DNA of 32,000 nucleotides, from positions 390,001-422,000 of the forward strand of contig CP126532.1 of NCBI GenBank assembly GCA_030167145.1, written 5' to 3'. The DNA comes from Ktedonobacterales bacterium (GTDB lineage Bacteria; Chloroflexota; Ktedonobacteria; Ktedonobacterales; JADMIN01). The stretch's first letter is position 1; every line of letters starts with the position of its first letter. A program made the position numbers and the translations under genes. Positions 8,760 to 17,142 of the stretch are shown here, one piece after another. The notes beneath the pieces are model-generated. The model made no database searches. It saw nothing but the letters and a program-made list of their open reading frames with translations, and was not told the origin of the DNA.

Positions 8760-8818
8760 CGCAAGATGTTGCGCTGGGCCAGTCTTCGCACAGCGTAAGA
8801 CTCGCGCGTGGTGCGCGC
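8759..8818. terminator. Three consecutive GC-rich stem-loops filling a convergent intergenic gap (candidate bidirectional terminator region, no U-tract)
   Basis: The three hairpins are GCGCAA-gatg-TTGCGC (8759-8774), AGTCTTCGC-aca-GCG(T)AAGACT (8781-8802) and GCGCG-tggtg-CGCGC (8804-8818). They lie between the ATPase stop (TAG 8757-8759) and the LLM oxidoreductase stop (8819-8821). Confidence 0.35.
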
Positions 8819-9685
8819 TCATGAGTCGAGGACAGCCTTGACCTGACGCAATCGTTCGATATGCGCTTCCACGGTAGGGAGTCGTAACCCCATTGTGTTG
8901 ACAGTGAGGTGGGTTGCGCCGATGGCTTGCCATGCATCCACGTAGGTGTGCCAGTCGTCCTCTGGCACGAGACTTAGCGAAAGTCGGGCTTCGATAGCAA
9001 CAGCGCTCTCTGGACGCCCGGCTGCGCGTGTATACGCGCGCAGCCGTTCGACTTGCGCACGTGATTCGTCGTCAGGCCGTCGCTGCGGGAGCCAGCCGTC
9101 GCCCAGACGCGCCGTGCGCTTGATGGCCGCATCAGAATGGCCACCCATCCAGATCGGAATAGTGCGCCGCACGGGCAATGGATTGATGCCTGCATCTTCG
9201 ATGGTGTGCCAGCGTCCGTTAAAGGTGATGGCCGTATCGGACCAGAGCGCGCGCAGTGCAGCGATCTGCTCGTCCATCCGCGCGCCGCGTGTGTGAAAGT
9301 TCTCGTTGAGGCCCTGATATTCAACCGGATTCCAGCCCACGCCGATTCCCAGGCGCATGCGCCCGCCACTCAATACGTCTACCGCTGCTGCCTGTTTCGC
9401 GACGAGTGCGGTCTGGCGCTGAGGAAGGATGAGAATGCCAGTGACGAGTTCTAGGCGTTGGGTCACGGCAGCGAGGTAGCCAAAGAGCACAAATGGCTCG
9501 TGAAACTGGCTCGCCTGGGTGTAGGAACCTTGCCAATTAGGGCGGCTGGCGGTGTTCGCCCCGAGCACATGATCGTATGCAAGAATTTGGTCATAGCCGA
9601 GGTCTTCGACCGCCTGCGCGTAGCGGCGAATTTGGGACGGATCTACGCCGATTTCGGTCTGCGGGAAGATGGCGCCGACGCGCAT
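8819..9685 (-). CDS. Luciferase-like monooxygenase (LLM) class, probable F420-dependent oxidoreductase
   Basis: 288-aa ORF. 'MRVGAIFPQTEIG.DP..IRRYAQAVEDLGYD.ILAYDHVLG' and 'RMRLGIGVGW' are typical of LLM/TIGR03619-like F420 oxidoreductases (family recalled from memory). An SD GGGAG lies about 7 nt upstream of ATG 9685. Confidence 0.85.
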   Translation of the reverse strand: MRVGAIFPQTEIGVDPSQIRRYAQAVEDLGYDQILAYDHVLGANTASRPNWQGSYTQASQFHEPFVLFGYLAAVTQRLELVTGILILPQRQTALVAKQAAAVDVLSGGRMRLGIGVGWNPVEYQGLNENFHTRGARMDEQIAALRALWSDTAITFNGRWHTIEDAGINPLPVRRTIPIWMGGHSDAAIKRTARLGDGWLPQRRPDDESRAQVERLRAYTRAAGRPESAVAIEARLSLSLVPEDDWHTYVDAWQAIGATHLTVNTMGLRLPTVEAHIERLRQVKAVLDS

Positions 9686-10057
9686 ATGGTGGCTCCCTTG
9701 TTGCGGTTGATAAGAGTTGACATATACACTTCGGCGACGGGCGGCATACCTGCGACGATCGTATATAAAGCGCCCTGGCGGTTCAATGATCGTCGCTTTC
9801 TGCCGACTTTCTCACTCCGCGCCAGTATAGCATGCGCGAGGCATAATCCGGGAGTTCGCCGCGCTTCCACCCGTTTTCTGCGCTGGTTCAGCGCACGAGA
9901 TGCCTATGTCTGCGCCAATTGTGCCGGTGAAAGCGCTATGCTAGTAGCCGAAGCCGTGGTTCGCAAACCCAGTCGCCTGCGGTTTCTCTCCTCCGAACGT
10001 GCCCATGCATTTGGTTTGTGAGTTGCTCCTGACATGAAGTTGGGTTCACTCACCATC

Positions 10058-10079
10058 AACGCGCATGGGCGCGTTTTTT
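10058..10079. terminator. Hairpin plus T6 run (terminator-like as read on the + strand), 55 nt beyond the stop of the minus-strand STAND gene
   Basis: AACGCGC-atgg-GCGCGTT gives a 7-bp stem at 10058-10075, with T-run 10074-10079. Read on the minus strand, the hairpin is followed by only a weak T-poor tail. Confidence 0.3.
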
Positions 10080-10133
10080 GGTGAGTTTGGTGATTTCTAA
10101 GTACGCAACGTGATCTATGCGCGCACCCTGCGC

Positions 10134-12761
10134 TCACGCGTGGCGCTTGAGCGGGTGCGGGAGTTCGCGCATGCGTTTCAGCAGGAATATACCGCGCCGT
10201 CTAAGAGAACGCGCATCACACTCTCGCACGGTGTCGAGCGCACGCTCCGCCAGGGCGCACGCGACATCGCACAAGCCTATTTCATAGGCATATTCGGCCT
10301 GCTCTAGGAGTATCTCAGCACTTGTAAACTGGCAGGTGGAATTGCGAACTGTCTCGGCCATTTGTTCGACATAGGATTGTGAGAGGGAGAAGTCGCCCTG
10401 GACACGAGCCAACTGGATTTGTGCTTCAAGCCACAGCGTATCGTTGCGGTGAGCAGACTTGTTGTTGGCTTTGTCTGTCAACAATCGCACGCATCTGGTG
10501 AGATCTTTAAAGGCGGTGGCGTTGTCGCCGCGCAGGCGGGCACATGCGCCGCGCTTGAGGAGCGCCTGCGCCATATCGCGGACATCGTCGCCACGCGCAC
10601 GACTTTCCTCTACGGCGCGCTCCGCGAAGCGCCACGCTGCGTCGTAGTCGCCTTCGTGCTGCGCAAGCTCAATGAGATTATAGAGTGGAGTTGGATACGA
10701 CGATTGATATTCAGATTGCTCAACTATGTCCAGCCCTTCCTCCCATGCGCTGCGTGCGCCTAGCAGGTCGTCCTGATAGTAGCGAACAGTCCCCAGCCGG
10801 TTGAGAAACTCGATGAGATGGAAATGGTCACCCAGTGTAGTGGAAGCATGCACACCACACAGCAGGGTGCGCTCATCTTCAACATAGCCCAGTGACGGCA
10901 TACCAAACGATGAGAGCGTGGCCACCAGGCGCACAACCAGGGCATGCTGCCCAGCGTGCCATACGTGCCAGAGTGCAAGGCGCAGGAGCGCTGATTTAGC
11001 GGCAAGAGCAGGGATATTGTCATTGTAGCGTTCGAGATACGCCAGAGCATACGAACATAAACCTTGCTGAGCCATGTAGAGGGTTGCGGGTTCCAAATGC
11101 TGTGCGCATTCAGCAGCATAGGCTCGTAGCAGCGGATGGAGGCGAAAATGTGTCCCAGGAGGCTGGCCGGGTGCCAATTCGCTCGATTGGCCAACGCTGC
11201 GATTGTCACCGGGTATAACCTCGAGCAAAGAGTGACGTAGTAACTGACCAAGTATTGCGGAGGTCTGCGCCGTCAATGTCTCCGGCTCTTCGCCGATCTC
11301 CCAGAGAGGTGCAGTCCCCGGCATATCGAGGATGGCGAGCGGCTCAGCTGCCCCTCGCGATACTCCCGCGGAAGCATTTCCACCAAGGGGCAGTTGCGGT
11401 AACGCTGGAGGCGTGTCATGGAGCGCAGCAGCGACCTCGACCTCAAATGAGTGATCACCTATCAAGGAGAGTAAGGCAAATCGCCGTCTTGATTCGGGGT
11501 CCAGAGGCTCAAGCGCCTGAACAAGTGTAGCGTGAAGTGCGCCATCGTCGTCTAACAACGCATCGAATGGATGATGGTTCACTTGTCTGGTCAAGAGCGA
11601 GAGCGATACACCGCGAGTACGGATGGCGCTGGCTGCCGCCTCGACGGCGAGGGGCAGCCCGCCGAGCGCGGCACAGAGCTGAGTGGCAAGGATTTGCGCA
11701 TCTTCGCTTAGCTCCTGCCCTACTAGCGAAGTGAACAACGCTACGGCATCTGGCGTTTCAAGCGGAGGAACGTGGATGCAGTGGGTTGAGATAGGCGCAC
11801 GCGGGATATACCGACTTGTGGCTAAAACAACATGTTTGGCATGACTCTCGACTCCAGTCACAACATGTGCCCCACCAATGGTCAATGCCTCAAGCGCCTG
11901 GGATAAGGGGAACCGCGGCTCAAGACCGTCAAGCAGAAGAAGCATGCGCTTGTCCATTAAGACGGCGCGAACGTGGTCTATCGTATGGGCAAGATCATGT
12001 GATGCGAGCGTTCGCCCGTCGAACGCGCCATCGGAAGTCCGCAACCATGCGACTGTTGTTAGCGTCGCATCAAGCGTCTGCGTGCCACCACGGTGCAGAA
12101 GGGATTTTCCTCGGGTGGTGGCGTCCTGTGAAGAATCGAACATTGTGATGATGTCTTGTAACAGCGAGAGGAGGCCATCTTCTCCAATGCGGCCCACACA
12201 GGTGAAGGTGACGATGCCATCAGGAAACAGGTGCGCGTGTTGCTCTCGGTGGCGAGCGAGCACTACGTGCATCGCTTCAGCGGCCAGAGCGCTTTTGCCA
12301 GCGCCGGGCATTCCCGTGAGCACATAGCAGCCTGATTCGACAGTGGTCAACATATGGACGAGATTGTCCAGTATCTCGTTTCTCCCCACCAGTTGTGGGG
12401 GACGCAGCGGCAGCAGAAATGGCGCTGGCCGGTGCGGTGCAGCAAGAGCGCGCTGCAATTGATTTACCTGGTCAGCCTCTTCGGAAGTGAGGTCAGTCAG
12501 TTCAGAGAGGCGAAGGTAGCTACGAACCTGCTGTGGTGTTTTGCACAGCAGCCATGCCAGCGCGAGAACACGCTGACGCACACCACCGCGAAACGGATGC
12601 GCCAACAAACCTGCCTCAAGGCGCGCCATGAATGCCGCAGAGATGCCCTGATTGCCTGTATGGATGTCATATGTCGCCGCGTGTACCAATGCCCTTTGAC
12701 TTGGCCAGCCACATTCACGGCGGCGTTCGCTCAACCAACGACCAAACCGCACCGCATCCAT
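10134..12761 (-). CDS. STAND NTPase: N-terminal XRE-type HTH, NB-ARC ATPase, C-terminal TPR array
   Basis: 875-aa ORF with SD AAGGAG (12770-12775) 8 nt upstream of ATG 12761. HTH-like 'FGRWLSERRRECGWPSQRALVHAA'. P-loop 'GMPGAGKS' at 12291-12314. Walker B 'MLLLLDGLE', 'VVLATSR', and the NB-ARC hallmark 'GGLPLAV' (about 11649-11663). The C-terminal roughly 350 aa are helical repeats with a TPR-like A/L/Y pattern. Confidence 0.85.
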   Translation of the reverse strand: MDAVRFGRWLSERRRECGWPSQRALVHAATYDIHTGNQGISAAFMARLEAGLLAHPFRGGVRQRVLALAWLLCKTPQQVRSYLRLSELTDLTSEEADQVNQLQRALAAPHRPAPFLLPLRPPQLVGRNEILDNLVHMLTTVESGCYVLTGMPGAGKSALAAEAMHVVLARHREQHAHLFPDGIVTFTCVGRIGEDGLLSLLQDIITMFDSSQDATTRGKSLLHRGGTQTLDATLTTVAWLRTSDGAFDGRTLASHDLAHTIDHVRAVLMDKRMLLLLDGLEPRFPLSQALEALTIGGAHVVTGVESHAKHVVLATSRYIPRAPISTHCIHVPPLETPDAVALFTSLVGQELSEDAQILATQLCAALGGLPLAVEAAASAIRTRGVSLSLLTRQVNHHPFDALLDDDGALHATLVQALEPLDPESRRRFALLSLIGDHSFEVEVAAALHDTPPALPQLPLGGNASAGVSRGAAEPLAILDMPGTAPLWEIGEEPETLTAQTSAILGQLLRHSLLEVIPGDNRSVGQSSELAPGQPPGTHFRLHPLLRAYAAECAQHLEPATLYMAQQGLCSYALAYLERYNDNIPALAAKSALLRLALWHVWHAGQHALVVRLVATLSSFGMPSLGYVEDERTLLCGVHASTTLGDHFHLIEFLNRLGTVRYYQDDLLGARSAWEEGLDIVEQSEYQSSYPTPLYNLIELAQHEGDYDAAWRFAERAVEESRARGDDVRDMAQALLKRGACARLRGDNATAFKDLTRCVRLLTDKANNKSAHRNDTLWLEAQIQLARVQGDFSLSQSYVEQMAETVRNSTCQFTSAEILLEQAEYAYEIGLCDVACALAERALDTVRECDARSLRRRGIFLLKRMRELPHPLKRHA

Positions 12762-13461
12762 AGATTGCGCTCCTTGGTGACACCTGACACCTCGCGAGGT
12801 AGGTTGTCCTGCGATCTTTGGAGGTTGCTACTCGCTGCTATGCTGGCTAACAGCCCTCTGGGGTCCTCCCGCGGTGCCTTGCGCCTAGAAACATATACGC
12901 TGGATAGGCATCGCTTCTAACAGCATCGGAGCGAAATTTCTCTCCCCAGATTCCTCCGTCGTTCACCAACACTATTTCCGATGATTCTGCGAGTTCTATG
13001 CGACGTCTGTGCGTTTCTCCGCAATTTTTGTGCGTGGACACAGCAGCGACTAGGCTATGCTCACGCTAAGACGAGTAGGGACTCCGATCATCGTGAGCCA
13101 CATGTATCTTTCGAATCGCGAGCTAGAGGACCGTACATAAGCTCCTTCACACAGCCCGCCAGGCCCGCTCCCTGCATATATGCCTGCTTATGGCTCTTTG
13201 GAACGTGGGGTAAGGGCTTGAGATCAGCAAAGATATCGAGGAGGTGAGCAGAGCAACTACTGGGCGCGCTGAACAGCGTGTACGCAGATGATGGGGTTAC
13301 GTAAGTGCCATACAGACCTCACCATCTCTATCGCGTATTCGGCTCTCGTACAAACTCCGCAACGTCGCTTGAGATGGGCGACCTGAAAGGGCCGAGTACG
13401 GGAAGCCACAGCAAATGGCACGTCGAAACATGGCAATTTGACATCAAGAGGAGACTCTCGC

Positions 13462-15213
13462 ATGCGATTGGGACTTCGCAAACTCTCGTTCCCAGGACTG
13501 CTCGTCCTGTTGGGCACGTTTGCACTGCTGGTATCCGCCTGCGGCAGCACCAACACGAGCAGTGGCAACCTCGCGGCAAATCAAACCTTCAACATCGCGT
13601 GGGCCGGCGGCGGCAGCACCGACATTGCCACGCTCGACCCCGGCCAGGCCTCTGACAGTGGCTCGATTCCGATTGTCAACATGCTCTATGACGGGCTGGT
13701 GGTGCTGGATAAGAACCTGAAGGTCGCCAACTGGGGCGCGGACAAGGTGACGACGAGCGCTGACGGCCTGACCTACACCTTCCATGTGCGCCCCGGCCAG
13801 AAGTTCTCCGACGGCACACCAGTGCATGCCTCGGACTACGCCTACGCCATTGACCGCTCGGATAATCCCTGCCTGCAATCTCCGGTGAACTACTATCTCT
13901 GGTCCATTAAGGACGCGGCGACCTACGCGGGCGAGACCTGCACCAATGGCGTCATCACTGGCAGCGTTCAGACGCTGATCGGTGACTCGGTGGTGGCCGA
14001 TGATGGCGCGGGCACGCTGACCATCACGCTGGCGCAACCTGCTGGCTACTTCCTGGATGCGATGACCTATTCCACGTCGTATGCCCTGGAAAAGAGCGTG
14101 GTAACAGGCCCTAACCTGGGCCAGGACGACAAGTGGACCAACACCCTCGCGGCTGACACCTCCGGCAAGGCCACCGGGCAAGGTGGCAGCGGCATGTTCT
14201 ATGTGCAAACATGGGACCACCAGGGCAACCTGATTTTGAAGGCCAACCCCAACTGGTGGGGCGTCTCGGCGGGCAAGAAGCCCAAGCTGACGCAGGTCAA
14301 CTACAAGATCTTTGCCGATGGCGATACCCAGTACAACACCTACAACTCCAGCACTACCTACGACATGACTGACTTCATCCCGGCGGCGCAACTCGCGTCG
14401 GCCAAGAGCCAGCCCGATTACTACAGTGCGCCATACCTGGAAGTCAACACGGTGGCGTTGAACTGGAACATCAAGCCGTTCGACAACCTCGACGCACGGC
14501 TGGCGTTCTGTGAGGTCATCAACCGCGACCTGCTGAATACCACCGTCTCGAAGGGCGCGAACATTCCGAGCTGGCATCTGGTGCCCAAGGGTATGCCGGG
14601 CTACAACACCAGCCTGACCGGCCCCGACGGCCTGACGGCCACCACGGGCGACATCGCTAAGGCGCAGGCGCACTGGAACGCCTACCTGGCGACGGTGGGC
14701 GGCACCCCCCCGCCGATTGTCTACTCGTACAACACGTCCAGTTCGGCGGCCAAGCTCTATGCTGAGGCGTTGATCTCGGCGTGGAACCAGAATCTGCCGA
14801 AAGCCAATGTCACCTCGGACAGCCGCGACTGGACGACGATTCTGAAGCTGGAGCAGCAGAAGAAGGTGCAGTCGTACCGCTTCGGCTGGATCGCCGACTA
14901 TCCCGATCCTCAGGACTTCCTGACGCTGCTCTACTCGACGACCTCAAGCTACAACGAGCAGAACGCGAGTGTGCCGCAGGCGGACCAGTTGATGGCGCAG
15001 GCGGATGCGATCTCGGATCCAGCCAAGCAAGATCAGCGCATGCAGCTCTACAACCAGGCGGAGCAGTTGCTGGTCAACAACGTGGCGATCTGCCCATTGA
15101 CGCAGGGTCAGAACTACTATCGCGTGCGGACGTACATCAAGGGCTTCCAGGAGAATGCTCAAGGGCAGCAGGCGACGACGGAGTGGCCGAATGTCTACGT
15201 CCAGCAGCATTAA
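13462..15213 (+). CDS. ABC transporter substrate-binding lipoprotein, family 5 (peptide/nickel, OppA/DppA-like)
   Basis: Lipoprotein signal 'LLVLLGTFALLVSAC' with lipobox LVSAC. 'LKANPNWWG...KPKLTQVNYKIFAD' is typical of SBP_bac_5. The ORF track starts at 13438, but AGAGGAG (13447-13453) sits 8 nt before ATG 13462, so that start is preferred. No permease or ATPase genes are adjacent. Confidence 0.9.
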   Translation: MRLGLRKLSFPGLLVLLGTFALLVSACGSTNTSSGNLAANQTFNIAWAGGGSTDIATLDPGQASDSGSIPIVNMLYDGLVVLDKNLKVANWGADKVTTSADGLTYTFHVRPGQKFSDGTPVHASDYAYAIDRSDNPCLQSPVNYYLWSIKDAATYAGETCTNGVITGSVQTLIGDSVVADDGAGTLTITLAQPAGYFLDAMTYSTSYALEKSVVTGPNLGQDDKWTNTLAADTSGKATGQGGSGMFYVQTWDHQGNLILKANPNWWGVSAGKKPKLTQVNYKIFADGDTQYNTYNSSTTYDMTDFIPAAQLASAKSQPDYYSAPYLEVNTVALNWNIKPFDNLDARLAFCEVINRDLLNTTVSKGANIPSWHLVPKGMPGYNTSLTGPDGLTATTGDIAKAQAHWNAYLATVGGTPPPIVYSYNTSSSAAKLYAEALISAWNQNLPKANVTSDSRDWTTILKLEQQKKVQSYRFGWIADYPDPQDFLTLLYSTTSSYNEQNASVPQADQLMAQADAISDPAKQDQRMQLYNQAEQLLVNNVAICPLTQGQNYYRVRTYIKGFQENAQGQQATTEWPNVYVQQH

Positions 15214-15264
15214 GCATTGGGTCAGAGCGTAATCACAGGTAAGGGACACCCCACGTGTCTGCGA

Positions 15265-15308
15265 GTGGCCTATCCGTTTCAGTGGAAGCGGATAGGCCAC
15301 TTTATTAT
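15265..15308 (+). terminator. Rho-independent terminator of the SBP gene
   Basis: GTGGCCTATCCG/CGGATAGGCCAC is a perfect 12-bp stem, extendable to about 16 bp through TTTC/GAAG with loop AGTG (15265-15300). It is followed by TTTATTAT (15301-15308) and lies 52 nt after the stop. Confidence 0.8.
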
Positions 15309-15355
15309 GGTGATTGTGGCGGCACAGCAGCTACTTCCGGGGTGCGTATAGGTGG

Positions 15356-16120
15356 TTATCCCAGCGCTCCAAACGTATCAAGCGCGAGCGTAGCAGAGAC
15401 GATAGCGGCGGTTTCGGCGCGGAGGATACGCGGCCCAAGTGTGACGGGGAGAGCGCCAGCGAGTCGCGCCAGCTCAATTTCTCTGGCAGAGAACCCCCCT
15501 TCAGGACCAATGAAGATCCGCACTTCAGAGATGCTTGCGATTCCGCCACGGTCCGCGATAGCACCTGCTAGAGTTGCGCGCAGGGGCATCTCGCGTGTCT
15601 CTTCCCAGGGTATGAGGGCGATACCGCCAGCGGGCACTTCAGTCAGGGCGTGCGTCAATGGGCGCGGTGTACCTAGCTCTGGTAGACATGTCCCACCGCA
15701 CTGTTCGATGGCTTCGGCGACGATCTTCGCCCAGCGGCGGCGCTTGGATTCGCTAGCTTCCTCAGCAGCGACTGAACGCTCGCAGAGGAGCGGCACGAAA
15801 GCCGCGACTCCAAGTTCGGTGCATTTCTGCAGAACAGTCTCATACTTCGCCGCTTTCAGCATGCCCTGACACAAAACGACGCGCATCGCAGATTCAGCGT
15901 GGCCTGCCTGGCGCGCACCGATGCGCGCAATTACGCGCTTACGCTCGACCAGCACCAATTGTGCGGGATACTCGCCCCCGACTCCGTCCAGCAGATGGAG
16001 CATGGTGCCGGTTGCCAGACGCAGCACATCACGCGCTTGATGCGCGATTTCGGGCGGCAGTTCGATCTCAGTGCCAGGGAGAAGGGCCAACCCCTCAACG
16101 ACAAAGCGACCAGCAGGCAT
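15356..16120 (-). CDS. rsmE: 16S rRNA (uracil1498-N3)-methyltransferase RsmE
   Basis: 'RFVVEG...EIELPPEIAHQARDVLRL..G..L.LLDG.GGEY.A.L' and the C-terminal 'IGPEGGFS.REIE' SPOUT motif. ATG 16118-16120 overlaps the prmA stop as TGATG (1-nt overlap). The upstream 12 codons in the ORF track are therefore rejected. Confidence 0.9.
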   Translation of the reverse strand: MPAGRFVVEGLALLPGTEIELPPEIAHQARDVLRLATGTMLHLLDGVGGEYPAQLVLVERKRVIARIGARQAGHAESAMRVVLCQGMLKAAKYETVLQKCTELGVAAFVPLLCERSVAAEEASESKRRRWAKIVAEAIEQCGGTCLPELGTPRPLTHALTEVPAGGIALIPWEETREMPLRATLAGAIADRGGIASISEVRIFIGPEGGFSAREIELARLAGALPVTLGPRILRAETAAIVSATLALDTFGALG

Positions 16121-17088
16121 CAGGCGTCTCCTCGTGTGCCAGCAAGTGTCACCCAATCGCCTTCGAGAAACTCGCGGATATTGACCATACCAGCAGCGCG
16201 CAATGGCTCTTCCGCTTCATGGCGGCGGTCGGCGATGATGCCGCTGGCGATCACCACGCCACCAGGGCGCGAGGCGCGGAGGAGCGCGGGAGCGAGTTGG
16301 GCGATGACACGCGCGATGATATTTGCCAGCACGATATCGAATGCGCTGATTTCCGGGCCGAGGATCGAGATGTCGTGTGGAAGTGGGGTGAACGGCTCGC
16401 CAGCCGCGCCCGCCAGGGTGGCAAGCTGCACATCTATGCGATCTGCAACGCCATTGGCGTCGGCGTTGGCGCGCGTGGCCTCAACGGCGACAGCACTGAC
16501 GTCGAGCGCCAGGACGCTCGCAGCGCCAAGCTTGAGCGCGGCAAGTGAGAGGATGCCGGAGCCGCAGCCAACATCAATCACGCGGTCGCCAGGCTTGATA
16601 ACATCTTCGAGCGCCAGGATGCAGTTGCGCGTGGTAGGGTGGAGTCCCGTGCCAAAGGCCATGCCAGGATCAAGCTCCACGACAGCCTCGCCTGGCTGTG
16701 GCGCATACTCGCGCCAGGAAGGCTTGATGACTGTGCGTTTGCCCAGGTGGGTAACGTGATAGTGTTCCTTCCAGGCATTGGCCCAATCCTCTTCGGCGAG
16801 CCGCCGCACACTGATGTCGCTGATATTACCCGCGCCGATCTGGCGCAGATGCCACATCCCTTCGGCAATGCGCGCATGCGCCTCTTCGCCAGCGGGGTCA
16901 GAGGGAACGTAGACGCGCACGACAACAGGCGCACCAGGCATCGGTAGCGCGACCTGCCCATCATCCACCAACTCGTATGGTTCTTCGATGGCCACGCCGC
17001 CAGAGGCATAGCGGCTCATCACTTCGCTGATCGCCTCGACGGCTTCAGGGTCGGCGGTGACACTCAACTCTAACCAGTATTCGGGCAT
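16120..17088 (-). CDS. prmA: Ribosomal protein L11 methyltransferase PrmA
   Basis: 'WLELSV....EAVEAISEVM...GASGVAIEEP' is a PrmA N-domain. The SAM motif is 'VIDVGCGSGILSLAALKLGA', followed by 'DIVLANI'. The conserved prmA-rsmE order supports the call. Confidence 0.92.
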   Translation of the reverse strand: MPEYWLELSVTADPEAVEAISEVMSRYASGGVAIEEPYELVDDGQVALPMPGAPVVVRVYVPSDPAGEEAHARIAEGMWHLRQIGAGNISDISVRRLAEEDWANAWKEHYHVTHLGKRTVIKPSWREYAPQPGEAVVELDPGMAFGTGLHPTTRNCILALEDVIKPGDRVIDVGCGSGILSLAALKLGAASVLALDVSAVAVEATRANADANGVADRIDVQLATLAGAAGEPFTPLPHDISILGPEISAFDIVLANIIARVIAQLAPALLRASRPGGVVIASGIIADRRHEAEEPLRAAGMVNIREFLEGDWVTLAGTRGDA

Positions 17089-17142
17089 GGGTCTTTAATC
17101 CTTTGCAAGGCGATGAGTCCAAGTACTAGGCGTGACGACGGT

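Noticed and set aside
9941-10006. 21-aa Gly/aromatic-rich minus-strand mini-ORF (MGTFGGEKPQATGFANHGFGY) upstream of the LLM oxidoreductase, considered as a possible RiPP precursor
   Set aside because: No SD lies at a workable distance, since the nearest AGGAG is about 20 nt upstream. No RiPP maturation enzymes are nearby. A mini-ORF of this size is expected by chance in 450 nt. It is worth revisiting only if ribosome profiling or peptidomics supports it.
10134-12761. Calling the STAND NTPase an Avs-type antiphage sensor
   Set aside because: The N-terminal output module is an HTH rather than a nuclease, protease, Sir2 or TIR effector. No other defence genes flank it. A signal-dependent transcription factor is the more economical reading. 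This cannot be excluded without homology searches.
13008-13035. Direct repeat of the heptamer TGTGCGT with a 21-nt period in the STAND-SBP intergenic region
   Set aside because: A 7-mer recurring once in 700 nt is within chance expectation. There are no extended flanking matches.
12847-13568. Small ORFs in the 700-nt divergent intergenic region (12847-13041 minus, 12981-13247 plus, 13257-13568 minus)
   Set aside because: None has an SD. Their translations are Cys/Arg/His-rich with no motifs, and they overlap one another in different frames.
13444-14673. 409-aa ORF on the minus strand
   Set aside because: It is entirely antisense to the well-supported SBP gene. Its Arg/Gly/Val/Ala-rich composition ('RRELRRRDEVSHVVGSAGVVGVVLG') is typical of shadow ORFs in high-GC DNA. 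It has no SD and no recognisable motif.
15899-16759. 286-aa plus-strand ORF, together with 15255-15869 (204 aa) and 15961-16548 (195 aa)
   Set aside because: These ORFs are antisense to rsmE and prmA, which have clear family motifs and translational coupling. Their Ser/Ala/Arg-rich low-complexity translations mark them as shadow ORFs.
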